Virus record (IMG/VR): IMGVR_UViG_3300042882_000312
Coordinates: 1-56,402 of that record
DNA from: a virus
Taxonomy: Duplodnaviria; Caudoviricetes
Direction: 5' to 3' (one strand)
DNA: 56,402 bases
Below, in pieces: positions 1-8,324 of the stretch. Under the pieces are notes generated by a model, which did not search any database, was not told where the DNA came from, and worked only from the letters and a program-made list of their open reading frames with translations. How positions within the stretch are numbered: the first letter of the stretch is position 1; each line of letters begins with the position of its first letter. The position numbers and the translations under genes were made by a program.

Positions 1-136
1 CGCCGAACGACAGGGCGTAGATGATCCGGTGTGACCCGGCGTTGCGAACGACTTTGCCGAAGCTCATGGCGCACCCCTTCTTTCTGCGGCCAGCGCCGCC
101 ATCGCACCCTTGGGTCGTGTTGCCTTGAGACGCCAG
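1..136. repeat. Terminal direct repeat (copy of 56267-56402); circularity overlap
   Basis: 136-nt identity with the contig end except A10 vs C56276; the gene at 55911-56333 and the 64-276 gene run across the junction. Confidence 0.95.
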
Positions 137-276
137 CACTTGCCGCACACCCACTGAGTGCTGCCCAGGTACACGCCATCGTCCTTGGGTTTGCGCACAT
201 CACAGCGAGTGCAGGTCGCCGAGTACCCGCTGATGTCACGGGACTGGTTGAGGTTGATGTTCTCGGTCAGCATCAC
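64..276 (-). CDS. Small zinc-finger-like hypothetical protein
   Basis: CTRC...CGKC; overlaps neighbours by 4 nt. Confidence 0.7.
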   Translation of the reverse strand: MMLTENINLNQSRDISGYSATCTRCDVRKPKDDGVYLGSTQWVCGKCWRLKATRPKGAMAALAAERRGAP

Positions 277-650
277 TCACCCATCACTTTCCCGGACTCA
301 CTCATGACGCGAGCCTTGTCGATCAAGTCGCTTGCGGATTCCTGAATGCGCAACGCATCGGCGAACACGTCGCGCATCTGCTCTTCCGTGAAGCCGCTGG
401 ACTTGACGTAGTACTTGACGATCTGACCGACCATGTTCATCTGCGCTTTGCAGATGTAGTCAGCCAGCTCCTTGGAATCTTCGCTTGCTGTGTCGCAGAA
501 GAAGTGCGCCGCGTTCTGAATGTTGTCAGCCAGGATCACCGCATGCACCAGCCGTGCGTAAGACTCGCCACGCACAGCACGCACGCTTGCCAGCATGTCG
601 AACGATTCGGTGCGGATGTTGCCCACACTCTTGAGGAATGACTCATTCAT
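273..650 (-). CDS. Hypothetical protein
   Basis: ATG at 650 (MNESFLK) coupled to upstream stop by ATGA overlap. Confidence 0.75.
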   Translation of the reverse strand: MNESFLKSVGNIRTESFDMLASVRAVRGESYARLVHAVILADNIQNAAHFFCDTASEDSKELADYICKAQMNMVGQIVKYYVKSSGFTEEQMRDVFADALRIQESASDLIDKARVMSESGKVMGE

Positions 651-940
651 TTCTGTACCCCGATCATTTGTTTGAACCACATTTCTTGATATGTCTTGCA
701 GATGGCAGTCAAGATGAAGTCGCGCTTGTCGGACTTGTTCATCTTGTTGCCTTGGTCGTATTCGGTATGGCAGGCATAGCAGAGCCATGCGTGCATACCG
801 TCGTGGGCCTTGAGCCCCATGCCCTTGCCGTGTTCGCCAAGGTTGCTGTGAGCTGCAACGACAGTGCCGTCGTCAGCCCCGCACATCACGCACCGCTGAC
901 CTTCAGCCAAGTCCAACAGCTTCCGGTTGCGGTATGTCAT
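647..940 (-). CDS. DUF1364/YbcO-like Zn-binding putative nuclease
   Basis: CVMCG..TVVAAHSN..GKGMGLKAHD..AWLCYACH pattern. Confidence 0.75.
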   Translation of the reverse strand: MTYRNRKLLDLAEGQRCVMCGADDGTVVAAHSNLGEHGKGMGLKAHDGMHAWLCYACHTEYDQGNKMNKSDKRDFILTAICKTYQEMWFKQMIGVQK

Positions 941-1188
941 GCAGTACCCCCTGCGCGGATAGCGGCGGCTATCTCGCGGTAGTCGTATGCCCACACCTCG
1001 CCGTCAAACAGTTTGGCTATTCGCTCGCGCTCTTCCTGTGCGCCAAGAAGCCACCCCGCCTCAAAGCTCTCCTTGTCCGCCAAGATGTTTGGTTTCGTCT
1101 GTGCGCTCATGACATCCTTCATGGCGTGTCCAAAATTCGCCATCAGCATTTCGTAGCGCTCTCTCCAGTACCGTGCTTCTTGGTTCAT
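937..1188 (-). CDS. Hypothetical protein
   Basis: Coupled ORF; ERERIA..AAAIRA pattern common in phage small proteins. Confidence 0.7.
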   Translation of the reverse strand: MNQEARYWRERYEMLMANFGHAMKDVMSAQTKPNILADKESFEAGWLLGAQEERERIAKLFDGEVWAYDYREIAAAIRAGGTA

Positions 1189-1430
1189 GCGGCGTCCCTC
1201 TTGTTGATCGCCGCCAGCAGGTCGGTCACGTTGGTGAACTCTTCCTTGGTATCGGTCAGCATGTAGGCGACCTCACCAAAACCCCACTCACCAGTCTTCT
1301 TGTTGCGAGGGGTGTGGACCTGCTTGCACAGACGGTGCTCTTCGTTCACGTACTGGCGCACGGCGTGGGTCTCAGCCGAGTAGCCGAACGTGTACCGGAA
1401 GGGCAGCAGCTTGAGTTCCTCGAGGGTCAT
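1185..1430 (-). CDS. Hypothetical protein
   Basis: ATG at 1430 (MTLEELK) with ATGA coupling. Confidence 0.65.
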   Translation of the reverse strand: MTLEELKLLPFRYTFGYSAETHAVRQYVNEEHRLCKQVHTPRNKKTGEWGFGEVAYMLTDTKEEFTNVTDLLAAINKRDAA

Positions 1431-1597
1431 GGCATGACCTTCCACAACCAAGCTGTCACGCCGCACAGCATCATCACGACGCCAGAGAAGGCCATCGCAA
1501 ATGCTGTGATCTCGATCCACTCAGGGACAATGAAGTCCGGCGGCATGTTGATGACGATGTACGCCACCACGAAGATGAAAAAACCAATAGCTGTCAT
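1427..1597 (-). CDS. Small two-TM membrane protein (56 aa; not in the ORF track)
   Basis: MTAIGFFIFVVAYIVINMPPDFIVPEWIEITAFAMAFSGVMMLCGVTAWLWKVMP; ATGA-coupled at both ends. Confidence 0.65.
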   Translation of the reverse strand: MTAIGFFIFVVAYIVINMPPDFIVPEWIEITAFAMAFSGVVMMLCGVTAWLWKVMP

Positions 1598-3321
1598 TCG
1601 CCGTCCTTTGCTGCGCGGTACTCGTCCGCTGTAGGTGGTGCATACGCACCGTCAAACTCCCTGAATCGTCCGCATTCAGAGCGCCACTTGAGATAGGCCA
1701 CACCGCGCTTGCCAAGCCAGCGGCTACGCACCTTCTGCACATGCACCTCGGTCGCCGCCTGTGGGTTGTTCAGGTCACGGTGGACCGCGATGATGTTGTC
1801 GGCCTTGTTGTAGAAGTGGGCTGAGCCACTGACCGTGTAGCCATCGGGCACGGGATAGACCCCGTCACGGTCCTTCATCAACTTCGCAGGGTGAGCCACC
1901 AGCCAGATGTGAATCTGGTTGTCACGAGCAAACTTGCGCATCTGCGTGAGGAACGTCGAGACGTACTCGGTCTCACTCACGCCGTCCTTGCGCTTGGTGT
2001 GATCGAGCTCGTTGTACGGGTCGATGATCAGACCCTTCATGCCGTGGCGGCGAATCAGAATCTTGGCCTTCGACAGCACGGACTCGAGGCTTGGTTCCTC
2101 GGGCATGATGAAATGGAAGTGCTCGTTGAGCCACGCCTTGGCCTCGGCGAACTTCATTGCGTTCACGCGGCCAGCGACCAGTCGCTCTTGCATGCGCTTT
2201 TCCATCAGCTTCGCGGCATGCCACGAGATCGGCTGGTTCTCAGGTGAGCACACGCCGAAGGACCAGCCAGCGTTCTCTGCGATGTTCACGACCAGGGCGT
2301 CAAGCCACTCGCTCTTGCCCATCGAGGGGATGCCGGTGACCAGCGTCCACTGCCCGGGGGCTGGCTTGTACAACCCATCGACAGAACCCCAGCCTGTGGG
2401 CTCGCCCTGAACCATGCCCATCTCGAGCATCTGGTTGATGTCGTCCTCAATGTCGTTGACTGAGAACACACCCTCGACAGGGAAGGGCTTGGCATCCTCG
2501 ATGCACTCGCGCAGACGTTGAGCGCCGTGCTTGACCAGCACCTCGTTGGCGTCCTTGCAGTCCTCTGGCCAGATGACGCGCAGGCATCTCTCGCGGCCGA
2601 GGCGGCGTGACAGCTCGTCTTCCAGCTTGCGGCCTGGCTCGTCAGAGTCCACGGCCAGCACCCATTGCTTGACGTTGTCGAGCCGCTCGTCATCGAGGAA
2701 CTCGAACTTCTTGTCGAAGTTCTTGGCCCGCTCCTCGGGTGCGCCGTCAGGCACAGAGATGCAGTGCTGGAACCCTGCGACCTCGAGGGACAGGGCGTCC
2801 ATCTCACCCTCGCAGATGATGGTCTGCTGGTCTGAGATGTCGTCGTACTTGTAGAGAATCTTCTCTGCGCCAGCGACCTGACGGAAGTTCTTGTTGTGGT
2901 CGCGGTACTTGAGGTTCACAACCTCGCCGCCCTTGTAGTAGGGGAAGGCGATCGCCGTTACCTCGTCCTCGATCTGAGGCATCCAGACCCGCTCCATGCT
3001 GACGCGGTTGCGCACCAGCACCTCGGTGGTGACGCCGCGCTTGCCGAACCACTCGTGAGCCTTCTCGCTCAGGCCAGCAGGACGGAAGTCAGGCTTGGGG
3101 TAGACGCGCCGTGAGGGTGGGGCAGATCGGTTGATGACGCCTGAGCCCAGGCCACCAGACCATCCGCAGTGGTGGCAGTGCCAGATGCCCTTGATCGTGT
3201 TCACGTTCAAGCAGGGGTAGTTCTGCTTCTTTCGTGTGTGGGAACACTGAGGGCAGGTCGTTTTGACCTCCTCCCCAGACCTTCCCTTCAGGTCGATTCC
3301 GAAATCCTGAAAAGTTTTCAT
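1594..3321 (-). CDS. Bifunctional DNA primase-helicase (T7 gp4/Twinkle-like)
   Basis: N-terminal Zn finger (CPQC..CHHC), TOPRIM (CEGEMD, DSD), SF4 helicase Walker A GIPSMGKS, IIDPYN, VAHP, QKVR. Confidence 0.95.
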   Translation of the reverse strand: MKTFQDFGIDLKGRSGEEVKTTCPQCSHTRKKQNYPCLNVNTIKGIWHCHHCGWSGGLGSGVINRSAPPSRRVYPKPDFRPAGLSEKAHEWFGKRGVTTEVLVRNRVSMERVWMPQIEDEVTAIAFPYYKGGEVVNLKYRDHNKNFRQVAGAEKILYKYDDISDQQTIICEGEMDALSLEVAGFQHCISVPDGAPEERAKNFDKKFEFLDDERLDNVKQWVLAVDSDEPGRKLEDELSRRLGRERCLRVIWPEDCKDANEVLVKHGAQRLRECIEDAKPFPVEGVFSVNDIEDDINQMLEMGMVQGEPTGWGSVDGLYKPAPGQWTLVTGIPSMGKSEWLDALVVNIAENAGWSFGVCSPENQPISWHAAKLMEKRMQERLVAGRVNAMKFAEAKAWLNEHFHFIMPEEPSLESVLSKAKILIRRHGMKGLIIDPYNELDHTKRKDGVSETEYVSTFLTQMRKFARDNQIHIWLVAHPAKLMKDRDGVYPVPDGYTVSGSAHFYNKADNIIAVHRDLNNPQAATEVHVQKVRSRWLGKRGVAYLKWRSECGRFREFDGAYAPPTADEYRAAKDGE

Positions 3322-3646
3322 TGCTCTCCGCGAGTAGTTACGTTGCTGTATGTAGCGATAGGCATCGTATATGAGTAGGGATGCGTACCGCCGTCCTTCT
3401 GCGTACTGCCGACCTATTTGCTAAGCTTGACCGTAAGACTTAAAACCATCTAAGTCAACGGCGTTACTAGCAAAAAAACGTAGACAAATCAGTGGGTTGA
3501 TTATCTGTCGCGAAAATTCAAATGCCATAGGTGTAAACCCCTACGCAACTTAGTTGCATCTGGAGATACACTACGACTCACAACTTGCTGATCCAGTCAA
3601 ATACATTTTGGCTATCGGCGATTGTCAACCAACCCACGGAGAACCC
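3322..3646. promoter_or_regulatory. AT-rich divergent control region
   Basis: Non-coding gap between divergent operons; inverted repeats GACTTA-N8-TAAGTC and GCAACTTAGTTGC; TAGGTGTAAACCCCTA. Confidence 0.55.
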
Positions 3647-4249
3647 ATGAAAGAAATCGCCTCGGCGTTGGTCAAAGCGCAAAAAGCCTTTGGCCCAGCT
3701 CTCAAGCAGAGCAACAACCCTCACTTCAAGAGCCGCTATGCGGACCTGGCCACTTGCGTTGAAGCCGTCATCGACGCGCTCAACGACAACGGCATCGCCC
3801 TGATCCAGCAGACAGACCTCTGCGAGAGCGGCGTGATCGTGGAGACGGTGTTCGTCCACGAGACAGGTGAGACCTACAACGCAGGAAAGCTGCACGTCCC
3901 CGCGTCTAAGCACGACGCCCAGGGGTACGGCTCTGCCCTGACCTATGCCCGTCGTTACAGCCTGATGGCCGCTTGCGGTATCGCCCCTGAAGACGACGAC
4001 GGCAATGCCGCGACAGCCGCTCCACCACAGCGCCGTGTCGTCGCCCAAGCACCGGCTCCCGCCAAGGCATCAGCCCTCGACGTGGAGACGATCACCAAGC
4101 TGGCTGAGTCGAAAGGCGTGGAAGTCGCCGCTGTGTGCAAGGCATACGGCGTGGCGTCCCTCACCGACCTGCTCGCCAACCAAGTGCAAGAAGCCGTGGC
4201 TCGTTTGCAAGCCGCGAAACCAAAGAACCCAGCAGCAACTCAGGAGTAA
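3647..4249 (+). CDS. erf: ERF-family ssDNA annealing protein
   Basis: NPHFKSRYADL...QGYGSALTYARRYSL..GIAPEDDDG signature. Confidence 0.93.
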   Translation: MKEIASALVKAQKAFGPALKQSNNPHFKSRYADLATCVEAVIDALNDNGIALIQQTDLCESGVIVETVFVHETGETYNAGKLHVPASKHDAQGYGSALTYARRYSLMAACGIAPEDDDGNAATAAPPQRRVVAQAPAPAKASALDVETITKLAESKGVEVAAVCKAYGVASLTDLLANQVQEAVARLQAAKPKNPAATQE

Positions 4250-4252
4250 TTC

Positions 4253-4522
4253 ATGTCTGCCACATACAACAACCAGATCGAGATCGTTCTCTTCGAGAAC
4301 ACACGCGCCACCAGCGGCAAGGCCCCAACCAAGACCGGCACCGTGACGTTCCCTGACGGGACCAAGTACGACGTTGCCATCTGGAGCAAGGTCAGCAAGA
4401 ACGGCAACCCGTTCGAGTCCGGCGTGTTGAAGCTGCCCGATCCTAAGTACGCGAAGAACGACGGCGGCAACGGCGGCTATCGCGCAGCTCCTGCGCGTCA
4501 GGACCAGGACATTCCTTTCTGA
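4253..4522 (+). CDS. Putative single-stranded DNA-binding protein
   Basis: Small beta-rich protein with Gly-rich linker and acidic DQDIPF tail, next to ERF. Confidence 0.7.
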   Translation: MSATYNNQIEIVLFENTRATSGKAPTKTGTVTFPDGTKYDVAIWSKVSKNGNPFESGVLKLPDPKYAKNDGGNGGYRAAPARQDQDIPF

Positions 4523-4529
4523 GGCCGCG

Positions 4530-5396
4530 ATGTCCCTCTACACCAACGTACACGGCCTGCCTGACGCATTCGTTGCGGCAGTCCTGAACGATCCCTACAC
4601 AGGCGGTGGTGACATCTCAGTCACCAAGCTGATCGACTCGCCCAAGCGGCGCACGTTGTACCGCCTGAACAAGGAGCACGTAGTTGAGGATGTCTCTGAG
4701 CGTGTCTGGTCCCTGATGGGCCAGGCCGTTCACGGCGTACTCGAGCGAGCTCAGACAAGCGCCCTTGTTGAAGAGCGCCTGTACGCAGATGTCGATGGAT
4801 GGAAGGTTAGCGGGCAGTTCGATCGCTTGCACTTAGCCGACCGCGTGCTGCAAGACTGGAAGGTCTGCTCTGTCTACAAGGCTGGGGGCGATGACGGCTG
4901 GACTCGTCAGCTCAATGTGCTTCGCTGGCTCGCCCATAAGAATGGCATCACGGTCGAAAGGCTTCAGGTCGTTGCCATTTTTCGCGATTGGAAGCGCAGT
5001 GAGTCGCTTAGGCGCGACGATTACCCTAAGCAGGCGATACAAGTGATTGACGTTCCAGTGTGGTCCTTGCAAGAGTGTGAGAACTACGTGACAGAGCGCG
5101 TCACAGCGCACAAGCGTAGCGACAGTGGTGAAGAGGTCGAGTGCTCTGAAGAAGAGCGCTGGTATTCCGGCACCACGTTCGCGCTGATGAAGGACGGTGG
5201 CAAACGCGCAAAACGCGTCGTGCCAATCCTTGCTGACCTGGGTGAAATCCCCTCGGGTCACCACGTCCAAGAGCGTCCCGGCCGCAACCGCCGATGCGAG
5301 GACTACTGCGAAGTAGCCCCGTTCTGCGCTCAATGGCAAGCCATCAAGGCAAGCCAACCAACCACAGGAGAAGACTCAAATGATGTCGATTTTTGA
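4530..5396 (+). CDS. PD-(D/E)XK exonuclease (RecB/Cas4-like)
   Basis: GQAVH, GQFDRL..DWK, QLNVL, C-terminal C..YCEVAPFC. Confidence 0.85.
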   Translation: MSLYTNVHGLPDAFVAAVLNDPYTGGGDISVTKLIDSPKRRTLYRLNKEHVVEDVSERVWSLMGQAVHGVLERAQTSALVEERLYADVDGWKVSGQFDRLHLADRVLQDWKVCSVYKAGGDDGWTRQLNVLRWLAHKNGITVERLQVVAIFRDWKRSESLRRDDYPKQAIQVIDVPVWSLQECENYVTERVTAHKRSDSGEEVECSEEERWYSGTTFALMKDGGKRAKRVVPILADLGEIPSGHHVQERPGRNRRCEDYCEVAPFCAQWQAIKASQPTTGEDSNDVDF

Positions 5397-5559
5397 AGCC
5401 GCCGAATACCTCGGCGTGAGCGTGTTCTCACTGCGCAAACTGGCGCGTGATCAGCGCATCCCCTCGGGCAAGATCGGTCGCCAGTGGCGCTTCCGCAAGG
5501 AAGACCTGGACTCGTTCTTGCGCAACCAGTACGGAGGCCAGGATGCAGCAGCAGCTTGA
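5380..5559 (+). CDS. xis: Excisionase-like HTH_17 protein (59 aa; not in the ORF track)
   Basis: MSIFEAAEYLGVSVFSLRKLARDQRIPSGKIGRQWRFRKEDLDSFL; AGGAG RBS. Confidence 0.88.
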   Translation: MMSIFEAAEYLGVSVFSLRKLARDQRIPSGKIGRQWRFRKEDLDSFLRNQYGGQDAAAA

Positions 5560-5842
5560 CCCCGCGATCTTCGAGCACCCGCTGTACCCCGTGTTCATCG
5601 CGGCGATCGAGCAGGCCATGTATGGCAAGGGCGAGCGGCATGGTGGCAACACCACACCGTTCCTCGAGCAACCGTGGGCGCACTACGTGAAGCTGCATGG
5701 CCGTGGGTTCGCCACCGGTCAGGCGGCAAAGAAGCTCGAGGAAGCCGCCTCTACCCGCGAGGGTAATGCCTTCGTGTCAGAGGTGCTGGGCGCGATCGTC
5801 TACTGCGGCATGGCCGTTCTCAAGGAACGGGGCTCGGTATGA
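5543..5842 (+). CDS. Phage hypothetical protein
   Basis: QAMYGKGERH..PFLEQP..GQAAKK..LGAIVY; GGAGG RBS. Confidence 0.75.
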   Translation: MQQQLDPAIFEHPLYPVFIAAIEQAMYGKGERHGGNTTPFLEQPWAHYVKLHGRGFATGQAAKKLEEAASTREGNAFVSEVLGAIVYCGMAVLKERGSV

Positions 5843-6186
5843 CAGACATCCCCGTCCTCGACGAGAAGCTGGCTGAGCTCGGTGCCGACGCCAGCATGAT
5901 GCTCGCCGCCTCTCACGCTGATCGTGAGGCGATGGACTGGACGCACTTCGCAGAAGAGCTGTTCATCCTCTACGCCATCCAACACCCGGACGGCTTCATG
6001 ACTGAGGACGTCAGGGTCTGGGCTGGAAAGCTCGGGTTCGATGCGCCGCCAGACAACCGTGCATGGGGCTACGTCGCCAAGAAGGTAGCCAATGACGGGC
6101 ACATCTCTGCCTGTGGCGCGGCCAAGCAAAAGAGTGCGAACTGCCACGGCTCGTACAAAACACTTTGGAAACTCAAGAAAGACTGA
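5839..6186 (+). CDS. Hypothetical protein (possible winged helix)
   Basis: Coupled ORF; PPDNRAWG motif. Confidence 0.75.
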   Translation: MTDIPVLDEKLAELGADASMMLAASHADREAMDWTHFAEELFILYAIQHPDGFMTEDVRVWAGKLGFDAPPDNRAWGYVAKKVANDGHISACGAAKQKSANCHGSYKTLWKLKKD

Positions 6187-6187
6187 C

Positions 6188-6355
6188 ATGGAACTGACCA
6201 TCAACATCAACACGCAAGAAGCCCAACTGATCCTCGTGGCCCTGAGCAAGCTCCCGCTCGAGACCTCGATCGACACATGGTTCAAGGTGAAGAGCCAAGC
6301 CGAAGCGCAGATCGCCCAAGCCGAAGCCGCTCCCAAGGCTGGAGGTACGGACTGA
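6188..6355 (+). CDS. Hypothetical protein
   Basis: MELTININTQEAQLILVALSKLP; fills the operon gap. Confidence 0.7.
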   Translation: MELTININTQEAQLILVALSKLPLETSIDTWFKVKSQAEAQIAQAEAAPKAGGTD

Positions 6356-6807
6356 TGCCGCACTCGAACTTCCAGCGCACCGCCGCCTGGTTGCAGGCCT
6401 GCGGTAAGGGCAAGACCGTGTCCAACCTGTCTGTTCAGATTGGTTGCGACATGGAGGAGACGGCCGAGTTCCTGGCCGCGATCCAGCTCGATGCGGGGTG
6501 GGACCGCCAGCTTCTGGCTGACATCGTTGAAGACCTCAACCATCTCGGCAAGTCGCTCAAGACCGGCGCGATCATGGCCCGCATCCCGAAGGACAGGCGT
6601 GCCGAGGTGCTCGATGCCCTGTGCGATCGCGAGGTGACGGGCAACGGCGTGGCCTACCTGGCTGACTTCGACAAAGAGGAGGCGGACAACGCCGTGCTCG
6701 ACTCGAACGACGCCAAGCTGGTCAACGGCGAGCCCGTGATCCTGCCGGGTGGAAAGATCGGCAAGCCAGAGGGTTGGACAGCACCGGACCTGTCGAGGTT
6801 CGTGTGA
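6355..6807 (+). CDS. MazG-like/PRA-PH nucleoside triphosphate pyrophosphohydrolase
   Basis: EETAEF, LDALCDREVTGNG, SNDAK, GKIGKPEGWTAPDL. Confidence 0.85.
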   Translation: MPHSNFQRTAAWLQACGKGKTVSNLSVQIGCDMEETAEFLAAIQLDAGWDRQLLADIVEDLNHLGKSLKTGAIMARIPKDRRAEVLDALCDREVTGNGVAYLADFDKEEADNAVLDSNDAKLVNGEPVILPGGKIGKPEGWTAPDLSRFV

Positions 6808-7046
6808 GGTTCTCCCTCGAGCAAGAGGCCAAGTGGGCAGCGGAACTCAATGAGGCCCGCTTGCGCATGATCGGTCGTGTGCGGCAGGCGTCCTCGATGT
6901 CCTCGCCCACACGTCGCATGGCGCTCTATCAAGAATGGCGCAGTGAGCTTGGTGATGTGGCCGCAAGGGAGCAGGCCAAGTTCTCTGAAGCCGTGGTGGG
7001 TGGGCGCCGCAAGCTGTACGAACTGGAGAGGATGGTGTCGCTATGA
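6804..7046 (+). CDS. Hypothetical protein
   Basis: GTG start overlapping upstream stop. Confidence 0.6.
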   Translation: MRFSLEQEAKWAAELNEARLRMIGRVRQASSMSSPTRRMALYQEWRSELGDVAAREQAKFSEAVVGGRRKLYELERMVSL

Positions 7047-7165
7047 AGCTGACCTCGATTCTCGATGTGCTTTTGATGGCCCTCTTGTGGGTGGCTTCGC
7101 TGGTGATCCTTGGCGTCATTGCCAAGGCGGCGGTGAATCTTTTCTGCATAGGGTTTGGGTGCTGA
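7043..7165 (+). CDS. Small membrane peptide (40 aa)
   Basis: MKLTSILDVLLMALLWVASLVILGVIAKAAVNLFCIGFGC; ATGA-coupled. Confidence 0.5.
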   Translation: MKLTSILDVLLMALLWVASLVILGVIAKAAVNLFCIGFGC

Positions 7166-7167
7166 AC

Positions 7168-7365
7168 ATGGACGACAAAATGCAAAAGGAACTCTTCCGC
7201 AAGAAGCTGGAAGAGCAGATCAACAAGGTGCCGCTGCGTGTGCAGAACGGCTCGATTCAAGCGACGAGAGACTGGGTGCGTCAGCGCGACCACGCCTCGA
7301 AGCTACTCAAGAAGCCCGGGGCGACCGTCACTCAGTTGATGACCGCGCTCGACTCGATTCAATGA
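7168..7365 (+). CDS. Hypothetical protein
   Basis: MDDKMQKELF; fills the operon gap. Confidence 0.65.
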   Translation: MDDKMQKELFRKKLEEQINKVPLRVQNGSIQATRDWVRQRDHASKLLKKPGATVTQLMTALDSIQ

Positions 7366-7375
7366 AAGGACTGTC

Positions 7376-7837
7376 ATGGAAATGTTTTTGGGGGTGAAGG
7401 TCATCCAGGCTCGCGAGATGAGCAGAGCCGAATACAACGCCTACCGCGGGTGGCAATTGCCCGCCGATGAGAACGGTGACGACGAGGGTTTCCTCGTTGA
7501 GTATCTGGATGGCGGCAAGAGCAATCACGCCGCGCACACGGGCTACATCTCGTGGTCGCCGAAGGATGTGTTCGATCGGGCCTATCGCCCAACGACCGGC
7601 ATGACCTTCGGCCTGGCTGTCGAGGCGCTCAAGCAGGGTCAGCGCGTTGCGCGTGCTGGCTGGAACGGCAAGGGCATGTACCTGCAATACGTCGATGGCG
7701 CGGATTGGGACATCTTCACGATCAACTCGGGCTTTCCCTTCCGCAGCTTCATCGCCATGAAGACGGTCGATGACGAGATCGTGCCGTGGCTGGCCAGCCA
7801 GTCCGATGTGTTGGCTGAAGACTGGAGCCTCGCATGA
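7376..7837 (+). CDS. tad2: DUF2829/Tad2-like protein with extra N-terminal domain
   Basis: C-terminal MTFGLAVEALKQGQRVARAGWNGKGMYL...PWLASQSDVLAEDW is the DUF2829 signature. Confidence 0.85.
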   Translation: MEMFLGVKVIQAREMSRAEYNAYRGWQLPADENGDDEGFLVEYLDGGKSNHAAHTGYISWSPKDVFDRAYRPTTGMTFGLAVEALKQGQRVARAGWNGKGMYLQYVDGADWDIFTINSGFPFRSFIAMKTVDDEIVPWLASQSDVLAEDWSLA

Positions 7838-8115
7838 TCGAGCTCGTCGAAACCATCCCCAACAAGCTCGAGATGAGCGACATCCTGGAACAGGTCAAGC
7901 GTACCGACTACGTGCTCATGCCCGATGGTCGCACCACGATCTGCCAGATCACGATGGCCAACGGGTTCACCGTGCGCGGCGAGAGCTCGTGCGTGGACAT
8001 CAACAACTTCAACAAGTCGATCGGCGAGAAGGTCGCTTGGGAAAACGCCCTTGATAAAATCTGGCTGCTTGAAGGCTACCGACTCCAGCAACGCCGATTC
8101 GAGGCGGGGCTCTGA
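7834..8115 (+). CDS. acb2: Phage gp49/gp66-family protein, Acb2-like anti-CBASS sponge
   Basis: TTICQITMANGFTVRGESSCVD..NFNKSIGEKVAWENALDKIWLLEGY. Confidence 0.85.
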   Translation: MIELVETIPNKLEMSDILEQVKRTDYVLMPDGRTTICQITMANGFTVRGESSCVDINNFNKSIGEKVAWENALDKIWLLEGYRLQQRRFEAGL

Positions 8116-8119
8116 TTAA

Positions 8120-8222
8120 GGGGGGAAAGAATCCGCAGCATGCACCGGTCAAGTGAGGGGGCTTCACCCAAGAAGCCAAGTGGCCACCCCTCCAGTCGAC
8201 CGAGCGGATACGAGTACCCCCA
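8120..8222 (+). ncRNA. Candidate structured RNA upstream of the integrase
   Basis: Nested stems GGGGG/CCCCC with GAA/AGUA internal loop, ATCCGC/GCGGAT, CGGTC/GACCG, GAGGGG/CCCCTC, GGCTTC/GAAGCC. Confidence 0.55.
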
Positions 8223-8324
8223 CCTTTTGCTACACACAAAGCCAGCTCCCGCAACCTAGAGCTTTACAAGAATCCGCAGGCCGTTGTATTCTGACAACGC
8301 GGCCTTCGGCGGATCGGAGAAGCT

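Noticed and set aside
1-136. Biological direct terminal repeat
   Set aside because: Falls inside coding sequence mid-operon and has k-mer-like length; more likely an assembly overlap.
4530-5396. Cas4-like nuclease as sign of a CRISPR system
   Set aside because: No repeat-spacer array or other cas genes seen; ERF/SSB context indicates recombination.
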